From the NCBI GenBank assembly GCA_001643675.2, contig LSRY02000013.1, positions 62,001-126,000 of the forward strand: a stretch of DNA of 64,000 nucleotides, written 5' to 3'. The position numbers and the translations under genes were made by a program. Shown in pieces: positions 50,701 through 63,830 of the stretch (the stretch's first letter is position 1; every line of letters begins with the position of its first letter). The notes beneath the pieces were generated by a model, which was not told the origin of the DNA, ran no database searches, and saw only the letters and a list, made by a program, of their open reading frames with translations. Source of the stretch: Monocercomonoides exilis PA203 (taxonomy: Eukaryota; Protista; Preaxostyla).

Positions 50701-53700
50701 AGTGTCAAAGAGTGCGAGGTTACAATCAAACAGGAATCGACAAATATTTCGTTTCTTTCTGCAAGAGGAGGACAGGTGTCGATAAATCAACTCATCATGC
50801 GCTCGACCTCTTTTGATGGCACATCCACACTGGATGCCATATTTGTAACAGATGCATGCGAATCTTTCATGTTGAACGACTCGATAATTGAAAACTTTCA
50901 AATCAGAGACGGATCTGTTGTGAAGATTTCTGATTGCACTGCAAATGTGAATGTGTCTAATTGCACATTCAAGGGGGTGACTTGCTCATTGGGTAAGGGC
51001 GGTGCCATTAGCATGCACAAGCCAGAAGTTGTATTGCCTTGTCACGAATGCCTTGAGAAATGCACATTTGAAGAATGCAAAATAAAAAGTGACGAAGCAT
51101 GCGGAGGAGGCGTGTGCTGCTGCATTGGAATGGGCAATCATCTGGAGATCACAAACTGCGCATTCGCAGCCTGTGAAGCATCTGTCGAAAAGAAAGGGGG
51201 TTTTGGAGGAGGATTGTTTCTTGAGTTCGATCATCAAGATGTCGAATTCGTTGTCTCTGAGCCTTCTTTTTCTCAAAGCTCGCCAAATGCTGCCAAATGC
51301 GGAAGCGATCTGTTCATGAAATCCCCAAGTTTGCAGGCAAGTGCCACCGACAGCACCCTTCCATTTGCCAAAACGATGGCAGACATATCTCTCGATTCCA
51401 TGAGAGGGTTTGATGGCAACGATTCAGAACATGCAATTCCACTGATATTGCTTTTCCAGTCAACAGGCTCGGAAATACTTGCTTCCTCGTTGGAAGGGGC
51501 AGACACAATTGCCTGCGGCTTTGAGTGCTACCCATGCGCTTCAATAGACCAAGCTCTTTCTCGCTTCAAAACTGTCGACAAAAGAGTAATAACTGTGAGG
51601 ACTGAGTCTTTTGTGATCCATGAGATCGATCTGAGTGATGTGAAGATGATATCAGATGGAGAACAGCAGGCATCTCTCACAATGCCATCTGCAATTGAAA
51701 GTGGAACAACAATGATCTCATCCAAAGGCATCACACAACTCGAACAATTGAAGATAATCGTTCCTCCTCATATCTCCAACGAAGTCAAATTTGTGATTTC
51801 TTCTTCAACTAACAAAGGTGAACTCTCGCTCACAAACTGCCAAATAGAGATAGAATATGAATCAGAAGTGCCCAACAATTACATAATAATCAAAACAAGT
51901 GGATTATCAATCCATCTGGTGTTTGTGACTGTGACAAACTGCAGAATGGCAATGCCATTATTTTCATTTGACATTGCTCCACCAATGAATGCACCTGAAA
52001 CAGCAGAAGTCCAGATGAAGAATTGCTCGTTCAGCAATATCACTCATCAAGATATAGACAGCTCAGCGTTATTTGGTGCATCTCTGGGATGTGGATGTTC
52101 GATGGCCGGGTGTAATTTCAGTGAGATTTTTGCCTATCAGAGCACGAATGGAGGAGCAATGAGAGTGGTGCTTGAAGCGCATGGAGAATTGGAAATAACT
52201 GATTGCAACATGGAGGAATGTCAGGCAGAAAATCGAACAGTGGGGAAAGGAGGTCGGCTGTTCTTTGACTGCAAGCAGAATTATGGATTTGTCTTTGGAA
52301 ACTTATCTTTCAACGAATGCTGTGCATTTGTTGGAAACAACATTTATTTGAAGGGTGATGCTCTTTCTATCAAACTGGGAAAGCAACAGTTTGCACTGAA
52401 TATGCCAACTGAAAGAGAAAGATGGAATGACTTTTGCGGATATGGCAATGATGAAGCCAAAGAAATTCCTCTCGCCTTGTTTGAAGCAGAATGGAACACT
52501 CCAGCATTTGCGAATGGTGTTGGAGGTGTGGATTATCCTTTATGCGGGCTTGACTGGTATCCATGCAGCACAATAACATATGCTGGGAATAATCGGTTCA
52601 ATGAAGAAAAGGCGGAAATTCGCTTGCAAAGCTCATTTTCTTTCAGCAAGTCAGTGATATTCTCTGGCAAAGCATATGAGATAGATGCGGAGAACAAAGG
52701 AGAAAAAGTCGAAGTCGAAGGAATTGAAGAAAACATCAAGGTGAGCAGTTTTTTCGAAATCAGAACATCAGTTGCATTTTCCAAATTAGCATTTCTCCTC
52801 CCATCGTTTTTCGCTCCTTGTTCATTGAACAGCCTTTTTCTGTGCAGCAAATCAACCCTTTCATTCAAGGATGTGGATATGGAGATGAAAGTTGCAGGAC
52901 TGCAGTGCAAATACAGTCTTATTGTGGCAACTGACTGCACTATTGAAATTGACGGGTTTGGTTTATCGGAGATAGAATTCAGTGGAGTCAGTGCCTTTGA
53001 ATTCTCCGGAAAAGTAGCAAATTTCACAATCAGTGCAATGACAATGAGCAACATCAAAAGAACAGAAGCAGGAGGACTTGTTGAGATAAAGCATGGCGCT
53101 CATCCAGTCTTTCAGAATTTATCATCGGTCAACAGCACATATTCCAACCATTGCGCCATTTTGGTGGAAGAGGCTTGTGGGCTGACTCTTCTTGAATGCA
53201 ACATGAGCGGACTGAAAAGAACGACTGATGGTGGATGCTCTGTGGTGGGTGTTGTGGGAAATGAAAATATCATTCAGATCAATGGATGCTTCTTTGATGA
53301 CATTGTTTGTTCATCATCTGGCTCCCAAGGAGGGAGCTTGCACGTGAAAGTGTTGAGTGGTGGAGAATTGTTGTTCGACAACAACAGCGTATGCCGAAGC
53401 AAAGTTCCAGCAATTGATGGAGATGGAGGAGGATTGCACATCACTTTCGAAAGTGTGGAAGTTGCATATTCATTGAAGAATGCTGTGTTTGAAGGCAATG
53501 ATGCACTCTGGGGAAAAGACATCTTCCTCAACTGCACAAAGCCAAGCACAATTGTTGATCCGCTGCTGTGGGCAGGAACTGCTGAAAGAGGTGAAGAAGA
53601 GAGGAACAAGTGGGTGCTTGACTTCACAGATACTCGCATCAACATGACACTCTTGCGCTTTCTGTTTCCAACAGACGACGATATCATTTATGTGGACGAA

Positions 53701-56700
53701 TCATTGGGGAATGAAATGGGAAGTTGCGGCTCGGGAGTCAATCCATGCAAGGAGTTGGGCTTTGGATATGAAAAATTGGGCACATCAAAAACAATCCTAC
53801 ATATACAGAACTCAGCATGGCTCATGGGAGAAATAGATCGAAAAGAAGAAAAGCTGACAATCCGCGGAGGTGATGATAAATCTGAAATGCATGTTGGAAT
53901 ACAAGGCCATATTCAGCTCTCGTCTGGCCCAGCATCCACTTCACTCACTCTCCAGAACCTGCTGTTTTTTGTGCCATCGACACCAGGCAAACACTCAGAA
54001 GTGATTGTGGGAAGCGTTGGCCGTGTGAGCATTGTTTCATGCACTTTTGGAGATACAGAAATAGAGTGCACATATTCATATATGTGGGTTGTCCGAGGGG
54101 ATGGAAGTGCGATCCAGTTTGATGATCTCAAAATAGAAAACATCCAATTTGGATCGAACTGTGGAATATGCAAAGCTGATCGAGGAACAGTGGTTGTGAC
54201 TCGGACAGTTGCTACAAATATTAACATTGATGGAGATGGATTGTTTTGTTGTGGTGTTGGTGCTGCATTGATTCTCAACAGATCGTCGGTCACAAATTGT
54301 GGCGCTTCAAAGGGTGTTGCAATATATGCCACAAATGCATCTCGACTGAAGATATTCAATTCGACATTTGATAGATGCAAGACCTTGGCAAGTGAAGGTG
54401 GAGGGATAAACTGCAAGATCGGAGGCAAGTCCAGTCTCACTGTTCAAAATGTTTCGTTTGAAAACTGCTGGGTTGATGAGGAAAGAAGTCGCGGAGGAGC
54501 AATATTCTTGCATGTTTTCAACGATTCGTCAAACACATTTTCATTTGAGTCTTTGACATTTCGAGACAACAAAGCGCACAAAGGCAGGGACATTTTTGTT
54601 GAATGCAAAAGCCTCAACGAATCAATAACAAACGAACGATTCAACTTCAAAATGTTCGACTCAAACAACACAAAACTTGCGTTTGCCGAGGGGACAGACT
54701 TCACAGCCTTTGCCGAGAGAACAATGGACCTTGTTCTGTTTTTGATGCCATTCAGTTCAAACAGAATTGTCGTTTCACACCAAGGCGCGGATATTGCGGG
54801 CTGTGGTGACGAGACTGTTCCATGCCAGACTTTCAGGCATGGATATTGGCACATTGACAGCAGCTCCGAGGAAAAGAACATACTGATCGATAATAATACA
54901 TCTGTCAAAGATTCTTTTGATATCTCAAAAATGAACATTTCGTCTTGTTCATCAGAGATAATGAGCCGCCTGAGGTTTGAACCAACACTCGAAACAACAG
55001 GCAGCAATCCCATATTTTATGCTTCAGGTGGCTTTTTGTTTCTTCATATTATATTTTCTGTGCCAAAAACATTTGTTCCGGATCAAGCAAGTCTCATTTC
55101 TTCATCTTCAGATGCCACATCAATCTCGCACGTTTCTTTGCAAAGCTGCTCTTTTGAGCAGTATTCACCATCACACGATATGATTTTGAAGTTTTCTCTT
55201 CTTTCAACAACAGGAGGAGATGTGGAGTTGTGCAACTGTTCAGTTCAGAGTCTTCATTTTTCGGAGACTCCTTTTGCCATTGCCTCATCCATGACTATTC
55301 GCTCTTGTTCGTTCAACGATATATCAGCTCCAGGCAGTTGTGCCGGAGGGATTATGAAAATCAATCTTCATGCACATGAAAGATTGCACGTGGAGGATGT
55401 TACCATGACGAATAGCGGATGCTCACAGAACAATGGGAACGGAGGGGCTTGCTTCATTGACTGCACAGAGGCTTATGCAACAGAACAATTTTTATTCAAC
55501 AACACTGTGTTTTCGATGAATGTTGCAAAGATTGGAAAGAACATGTACGTGCTTTCAGCAAGTTTGAACAGCTCCATAACCACACAGGCATTCTCCTTCA
55601 ACTACTCTGGGTTGATCAACGATTCAAATGTGTTTGTGGGAAGCGATGATATTTTCACTGACACCGATTTATTCAGATTTTTAATTCCATATGCAAATAA
55701 CACCATTTTTGTTTCCTCCAGTAGTGCAGATGTGCTGCGATGCGGAAGCGAAGATGATCCATGTGAATCATTCTGGACTGGCGTGAATCACCTCAGTCAC
55801 ACGGATGATGGCAAACAAATCTTCATTGAAGGGGTTGCAAATGTGGATAATGAATATGATCTCTCAGGTTTTGCAGTGGCTTCTGCCTCAATTCTGAAAG
55901 AAGAAGACGGTCAAAGCGAAATTGTTTATTCAAAAAAGATGAATGGAACAAGTGGTGCATATGTGCTGAACAGAAATGAGATGTCCATATGCGCGATAAT
56001 GTTGTCCATTGACAAAAACTTTGAGAACTCGGCTGATTGTGTGATCCACAGTGAAGGAGATGAGCTGTTGTTGAGAAGATGCGCCTTTCAAAGCAAAGCG
56101 GCAGATAACACAGAAGCAGACTGTTCGTTTGTGCTGATGAGGAGAGGAAAGCTCAGTGTCGATGATCTTGAGATGAAATCTTCATCGGTGCGGAAAAGTG
56201 TGTTCGTGATGCACGATGCATGCGTGTGTGAATTTCACGCTGTGAAGATTTCCCAGTGCACAATTGATCGTGGTTGTGTTTTTGAAAGCGTGTCTTCAAC
56301 AAATGCGGCAAATGGGATTGGATTGATCAACATGACAGATTCGGCCCTTTCTTCATTGACAAGAAACGATAATGGCGGAAGCGCTATTCATTCCACTGGC
56401 CAAAATGGCCTCATCGTTTTGATAAGCGGATCTCAGTTTGTTGACTGCAAGGCTGAAATGAGCATGAAGGGCGATGCAGTGTCGTTCTGCTTGAACGATG
56501 GGGTTGAGCTGAGAATAAGTGACACAACAATGACAAGATGCAGCTGCTCAATGAGCGGGAGGGGAGGTGGCATCCACGTGTCGACAAAAGTGGAGGGAAC
56601 TTTGAACATTCTGTTTCAGAAGATGTTCTTCACGGGAAACACAGCAGGCGTTGGGAATGACATCTTCATTCTGTGCCATAACATCACAAAACAGATCAAC

Positions 56701-59655
56701 GAAACTCAGTTCAGGTTTTCCTTGAAAGAGGGTGTGTATTCGTCTATCAACGCCATCTATGGCTCAGACACAACAGATCACATGAGCGACACAAACCTGA
56801 TGGACTTTATCACAATATATGAGTCTGATTTTATCATCGTGTCTTCTGATGATGGCAAAAACGGAAAAAACGAGAGACAATGCGGATCGGCCAAGATGCC
56901 ATGCTTTTCGATTAGTTATGCCTGCTTCCACTTGTCAAGCGACATCTCAAGCATGATGCTTGTTGATGGTGAATCTGTCATTGATGAAGAATGCATTTTG
57001 GACAACATGACCCTAACGTCTCTCAAAAGAAATGATGCAGCCATTCGAGTTCAGACAGGCATATCCCAGGCAGGCGAGTCTCTCATCACAATTCAGAACC
57101 ATGTGACTTTGTCTCATCTGAGCTTTGTGTTTGAAAGAAATGCTCTTGCCTCGCATTCTTCTTTCATCTTTATGAGCTCCGACAGTTTGAGGATGGAATC
57201 GTGCTCTTTCACATCTCCTAGAACTGACCAATCCCGGCTTTCCATTCCTTGCACTTTATTCACAGTGCTTTCGGGAGATGTCTATTTCAGTGAGTGTGCT
57301 TTTTCTGGACTCCACTTGGCACTTTCTGCAATAAGCAGCTGCACAGGAAATGTCAAGGTCACATCTTGCTCTTTCAAGAGCATGGATTATTCTGCAAGTG
57401 TCATCATATGCGATGATGGAATGTTTGAGATATGCAACACCTCTTTCGACGAGTGCTTCGAGAAAGACCATGTGGCATCTTTGATTTCGTTCGCAAATGC
57501 CAAAAATATTTCTTTAAAAGAATGCAGCATTGTGGACAGTCATTCATCTGCGATGAAAGGTGGATTTGTGTCATTTGCATCATGTGCTAACATTTGCATC
57601 AGCTCGTGCCTGTTTGAAAATACAGACTTTTCAAACAGAGAAGAAAACAACATAAATACGCAATCATCCGAGCTTTGCTCCTGGAACAGCTCGCTGGCGA
57701 GCCTTGAAAGAAGCACCGCTTCCATCTCAGATACCTTGTTTTCCAACGCATCACACGGCGGTCTATCTGCTTCTGGAGGAAGCGTTAGAATTGTGAAAGG
57801 AGAGTTTGTGGGCAATGATCCATCAATCGCCAGCTTCCCTTCTATCAGAAGAAACATCCTCTGCGAACATAATGGAAAGCTTGAGATCGACAGCTTGAAG
57901 GGAGGAGATGGACTACTGCCAAATACATCACTGTGGATTTTGAATGAAGGATGCGAGCTCACGGGGATGCCAACTGGAAGGCTATCTGAATTCTTCATCC
58001 CATCACTGGACGCTGTGGAAGTGAAAGAAAATGGAGATGCTGCTGAACTGACTTTCAAAGGAAGGCTCCTCATCCCATGCAATCTGAGTTTTCAGATTGT
58101 GTTAAAGAGAGATGATGTCAGCTCAATAGAGACTTTTCCGTTTGCAGAAGATAACTATGATTCCGAAAATGAAGCGAAAGGAAAGATTAGCATGTCTCTC
58201 ATAAGTTCGGCTGCAAGAGAAGAAGAGGTTTTTGTATGTATTTTGTTTGGAAAAGGTGAAACCTTTTCATCAACTGATTCATTCATTCTGAAGAACAAGA
58301 GCGAGTCTCAGACAATCGGAGATGAAAGGATAGTCGAAGGAAGAAACAAAGAGAAATCGATATGGCCTGTAATTGTGATCATTATGTCCATAGTTCTATT
58401 GATAATTCTGATTGTGCTTGTAATTTTTGTTGTTCGATGGAAAAAGCAAAAGAAGAGGACTGAGGAGCTTGAAGTGATTGTGGAAGACACAGTGAAGAAG
58501 GATCCGAAGGCATTCGAGATGGTGACGATGGAGATGTCGCCAGAAGAGCAGTGGAGGAGAGCGGAGAGGGAGGCTGAGAAGAAGAACGATGAAAGGACGA
58601 AGAAGAGGGTATATGATACGAACATGCAACATTCAGAGTCTTCAGAGCATTTGCTAGCTGAGAGTGGATCGACTGAATACATTCTGGGAAAGGATTCAGA
58701 TAAGATCCCTGAATGGATGCTGGAGAAGGTTGACGAAAAGGAAGAAGAAGAGATAAGGAAGAGAACTCCATCTCCATCCATTTCATCCACTTCAACAACT
58801 GATTCAGATTCAACATTTGTTCGTGGGGAGGATCCATGCCCAACCACCTCTTCAATGTCCAATCTGGTGGATGCAATGGCGTGTTCATCTCCTCATGAGA
58901 AGCTGATTGTGGACTTGAGGGATTCGCTGTTCATGATGCTTCATGGGAGGAACGAGAAGAAGCTGATGGCGATTGGCACTCTGGAGGAGCGAGAGCTTGC
59001 AGCAGCACAGATCCTGTTCTGGGTGGCCAATCTTGCACTTCACTCATTTGATGAAATGGAAAATCCTCTTCAATCGTTGGCTAATCTGAGTCCTCACATT
59101 GTGTTATTCTCAGAACACATGGTCATTTGCATTGTGATGCATTCTGACTTCTCATCTGGTGATTCTGATTCATCATCCATCTCATCGTCGACTGTTATCA
59201 CGTCTGCAAGTGATGATGATGAAGACTCTCTTCCTTCTTCTGCCTTTGAGGATGACGATGACAACAGAAAAGAGTGTTTGAGGTGGAAGGCGCCAGAGCT
59301 GCTGATCAACAAGAACATGGGGGCAACAAAGAAGTCGGTGGTGTTCTCGATCGGGATGATGCTGTGGGAGTGCCTGACACTCCACATCCCGTTCGGGGAG
59401 TACGAGGCTGTGATTGCTGGAGACAAGATTGCAAAAGGAGAGGCTTTGAGCATGTGCGGAAATACTCCAAGCACATTCTCTTTGGTCGTCAGCGAATGCC
59501 TCTCCTTTCAGCCTTCCAACCGGCCTTCGCTCGTCTCCATTTCGAGAGAGTTCTTTCAGAAGTTCCCCGAGTCAGCCAAGCTCCCCACAATGACTGACGC
59601 ACTCTTCACAAACCAGCAATCCGCCATCAGCAGAAACAGCTGCTGCAGCAATTAG
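47764..59655 (+). CDS. Giant (~3,960 codon) single-pass surface protein: signal peptide, Cys-rich beta-helix/Pmp-like repeats, TM helix and pseudokinase tail; interrupted by one in-frame TGA at 49390-49392
   Basis: ORFs 47764-49392 and 49423-59655 are in the same frame with a single TGA between them. Hydrophobic N-terminus; 8 CGxxxxPC repeat heads with GGA(I/L) and FxxN motifs; TM IWPVIVIIMSIVLLIILIVLVIFVV; RWKAPE and SVVFSIGMMLWE kinase C-lobe motifs. Confidence 0.8.
58433..59393 (+). repeat. Right arm of a 961-bp inverted repeat (partner 42544-43504)
   Basis: Runs from TTCGATGGAAAAAGCAAAAG to CTCCACATCCCGTT and matches the reverse complement of 42544-43504. Confidence 0.9.
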
Positions 59656-60349
59656 TGTTTGCTTTTCTCATTCCATCACAAGCATCGCCATCGTTCACAC
59701 CCCTCGTATTCATCTCTTAATCTCTCTCTTTTTTCTTTTTTGCTTTTGGTGAATAATTACAAGAAAGAATGAAATAAGCGCTGCCCATGGCCTCTGAAGG
59801 CTTTCTTTTGTTTTCTTTTCTTTTGTTTTGTTTCTGTTGCTTCCAAACAGGGATTAGCATTTGCCAGCCAGAGTCTGATGTTTGTGTTTTTCTGTGTTGT
59901 TTTTGCACTTCGCTCGAAAGTGGTTTTTCACAACCACTTCCGCTTTATTGCTTGTAAATCCACTTCAAAATGGAAAGGCATCGAGGCAAATGATTTCTGA
60001 AATCCTTTGATCTTCCTCTGTGAATTGCCTTCTTCTCTGAAATGAATGTTCCTCAAAAATGAATCCCAGCATCCTTGCTTTGACTCAGCCAAGAAATCAA
60101 AATCAAAAAAAAAAATATGTGACATCGTTGGCACCTGCGCAAAAACCCAGAATGCACCTTTCTCAGCCTTGGCCTAATTTCAAGAGTCATTCCAAGATGA
60201 CTTTTTTTTATTCATTCAAAACATGAAATATAACAATATAAAAATTGTTGAGATAATAATAACAGCAAACGATGCGAAAGGAAATGGTACTCAAAGAAAT
60301 GAGAGGCTTCAAATAAGTTCCATCAAAACGAAGAGAGAAACACTCTGGA

Positions 60350-60910
60350 TTTTATTTTTTTGTTGAAAGCTCATTGCCTCCTTCTTTCAAACGATTCAAG
60401 ACAAAAGGCAAGAAGCTGAGCCATCTATAACATTCCTTCGGTGATAGCACCCAGCAACTTGCATTCCCATTCCATCCCAAAATAACTGCATTCCCCAATG
60501 AAAAATTCCCACCTCTATTAGCAAGGCGCAGATTCACAGAGTATCCTCGCTGGCTTTGCCATCCTTTTTGCGTTTCTGCGTTGATCACCAGCTTGGCATT
60601 TTCAGCCGAAGCATAAACATCTCTTCCCTTTGCAAATAGAAGCGCGCTTTCGCTGCCAATGATACAACAATAATTAGGCACTCAAGCTTCAGCTTTCGAT
60701 TTTTTTGTGAAGCTTCGGGGGAAAATGAAATAAAAAAATGAAATTGTAAATCAATGGAGCATTTGCTGGCCATTCATTGAACGCTCAAACTTGATCGGAA
60801 CATCGCTTCTCTGCTTCCATTTGCATCATCCCTTGTTTCCAATTTGAAGAATCTGTTATCGCCGCAGCTCCGCGCCCTCCAATCAACACACGCACCTGCT
60901 AGTTGGATGC
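60350..60910 (-). pseudogene. Degraded fragment, probably of the same beta-helix ectodomain family
   Basis: ALLFAKGRDVYASAENAKLVINAE resembles the family motif A..GRDVYVRC/GKDIF. The surrounding frames are broken by stops. Confidence 0.35.
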
Positions 60911-63329
60911 ATGCCCGCCAACAAAAGCGCTGCTTTTCCTTTTCCCCATATCCTTTTCCTTCCAGAATCTGTCTTTAAGGTGTAGTAACAATACAAATAC
61001 CGAAGCACACAAAATTATTTGTCGGCAAGCGCATCAGATGGTCAATGTCAATTTCAGTTCTTGTTCATTCAGCCATTTTCTTTGCTTTTCGCAGGCAAAC
61101 ATCCCTCGCATTTTCGCTTTCCGCAAAATGTGACATGGCGCCAGCGCATTTTGAAGGGGAAAAAATAAAATAAAATAAAAAGGAAAAGTGCCAATAAAAG
61201 CAAACTGAGCTGAAGCCTCTTCAGTTGGCCATTTCCCAAATGATTTTCCTGTCGACATGGTTCTCATGGAATTTCTCAACAAAAAAATTCTAAAAATAAA
61301 AAAAGCTGGTCTTTTCAACAAAAACATCCTTTCCATTCATAAAAATTCCAAACCTCTTTTTTTTTCTTGCACCTACAACGCATTCAATATTTTTATGTTC
61401 AGATCCTCAAGCAGAAGCAAAGGAGGGACTCTTATTCCATTTTTGGGGAAAAAAATAAGGCATCGAAAAGAAAAGGCATTTCATGCTCGATATTGGACAA
61501 TTCCAAAAGATTGCATGTCTTGAGATATGCTTTATTGCTTTATTGCGAGCAATGTCTTTCTGTGCTGGCACCAGCCATTCCCTCGTTTTTTGAGTCATCG
61601 AAAAGAATCCCTCCAAAAACACGAGGGGGAAAAAAATAAAAGAACATTATCATCTGCCATGAAAATAGCTTTTGATCAATGGCTTCTCGCAACGGTCGCT
61701 CTTCACCGAACAACAACAGTCTGACTCACAAATTGATAGGAAAACAAAAATCATCTTCCAAATGACACGCTCTCCCCACAAATTGCAAACTTCGCTCAAT
61801 GCTTAAATTCTATCGAATCCAGCAACATAGCATGCTCATCCGTTTTTGTGCTGCGAAAGAGCAAATACACGCTTTCTGTTCTCAATTTTTGATTTTGAAG
61901 AAATTATTATTTGTTGATCATTTCGCTTCCAAATCCTTAGAACAAAGTGAACATATTTATTATCAAGAAGTTAATATTCAAAAATGTCATAATTTTTTCT
62001 ATTGGCTATGATTCGAAAAAAAATTATCAAACACTTTCAAAAAGACGAAAAACTGAAAAAGGAAAATAAACAAAAAAATTATATAAAACATGCAAATTTA
62101 TTGGCTCGTCTTCTCTTCGATAACAATTCATTTTCAAAAGAACAAAGGAAATTTCAAAGCAAAATTCGTTGGATTTCGTGACAATATTATAACATAAATT
62201 AATTAATTTATAAATAAAACAAAATATAATAAAATTTAAAATAATATAAAGCAAAACAGAAAGTAACCTCGCTTGTCGAATTGTTTTTTGACATCTCATT
62301 AAGTTTAGAATGCTTTGAAAAAAAACTTTTGTTCCTTTTTTTGAATAATTAATATTTTAATGGTATTCATTTCATTTTAACTTGCAGAAACAAGTTTGGA
62401 ATTAGAACTTTCAACCCTATTGATAAGAAAGTTTAATAATTGTCGAATTAGAACAATATTCCATCTTCCGTTTTTATGCAACAGAAAAAAACTGAATATT
62501 ATTTACCCACTTTGGGAAATTTGCATATAGCGTCCAATCTGATATTTGTTATCTGGAAGAATTATCAACTCAAAATATATTTTTTGATATATGAAAAGAT
62601 TCACATATTGGAGATTATTTTCGAAATCAAAATTTTATTCGGTGTTCTTATTTTTCAAATGTTTTATTTCTTCTGCGAGGAATCTTTTTTTCTAAAGTCA
62701 AAATTCAAGACACTTGTTAAAAATGACGATGATTTAAAATATAGGGGAAAATACGGACTTATAAGCTTTTTTTCACAAGGCATAGAAAAATTGCTTCGAT
62801 CATAACTTAATTTCGCTTTCTCAGATTACAAAATAAATTTGATTTTCATATCCGCAAACAAGCATCGTTGAAATCAAAACACAAAGTTTTCCAACATTTC
62901 ACGAATGTCAAAAAATGGATCCAATTTTAATGTGTTTTTTGAATTCAAAAAGTCAATGAAAAGTGCATAATTTTTCAATGAAAATACCTGAAGTTAAATA
63001 TTTTGTCCCATACATTTATGAAAAACAATTTTTGTGAAAGGAGAAATAACTTTGCAATGTTCCTTTATTAGTTTTCTTAGTGAATTCTCAAACAGAAAAA
63101 TTTGATAGAAAATACACAAATTCAAAAAAAATCATCCATATACTTCTCATTTTTGATTATCATCTCAACTTTTCTCAGGATTAATCCAATTTCATCTTTT
63201 CACATCTCATTAAACAACGAACATGTGCGGCTAATTTGAAAATAAGATATAAATAGGAATATTATTTCTGTGAACAAAGAGGAGTTTTCAGTGATGTTTT
63301 CCTATTCACCGGTAGCTCCGCTTCAATCG

Positions 63330-63830
63330 CTCGCAACTTCGGTTATCATGAAATTCGGTTGCAAGAAGATCTTTGGTGAAACAGATGTGAATACGTTGAC
63401 GTCGATCCATTATTTCTTTGACCCTTCTCTGCAGATATGGTGATTGCTGCAGTCAAGGCGAATTGAAGTTAAGCTGGATGAAAAAGAAAGGAGGTGAGAG
63501 AGAGAAAGAGAGAGAGAGAGAGAGGTTGCATAGTGTAAAGAAAAGGAAATTACATGGAAGAGGCTGAAAGCTGCCTGGTTGAGGATGGAGGATATAACAA
63601 TGTCATATGAAGCGATTGAGTTGGATGTACTTGAGAAGCGAGAAGAATTGAAGAAATGGAATGACGAAGAGAAAGAGGAGAAAGAAAATGAAAACACGAA
63701 GTTTATTATTAAATAATATGAAGGAAAAAAGAAGAAAGTGAAAAAAATGCATGTAGTGGAGAAGCTGTGCATGGAAGCCGATAGTTTCATTTTGACTTAA
63801 TGAAAGAAGGGTTTTTTGAAACAGCACTGC
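63330..63830 (+). pseudogene. Degraded Glu/Lys-rich coding remnant, family unidentified
   Basis: One frame reads MKFGCKKIFGETDVNTLTSIHYFFDPSLQIW*LLQSRRIEVKLDEKERR*...KEITWKRLKAAWLRMEDITMSYEAIELDVLEKREELKKWNDEEKEE, with scattered stops and a GA microsatellite. Confidence 0.3.

Noticed and set aside
235-59597. Numerous antisense and alternative-frame ORFs in the track (e.g. 235-876, 14391-15221, 29239-30114, 43075-44100)
   Set aside because: These are shadows of real genes in GC-richer or low-complexity coding sequence, with no independent motifs.
63340-63420. KFGCKKIFGE as a degenerate kinase DFG region
   Set aside because: The resemblance is too short and no other kinase subdomains are found in frame.
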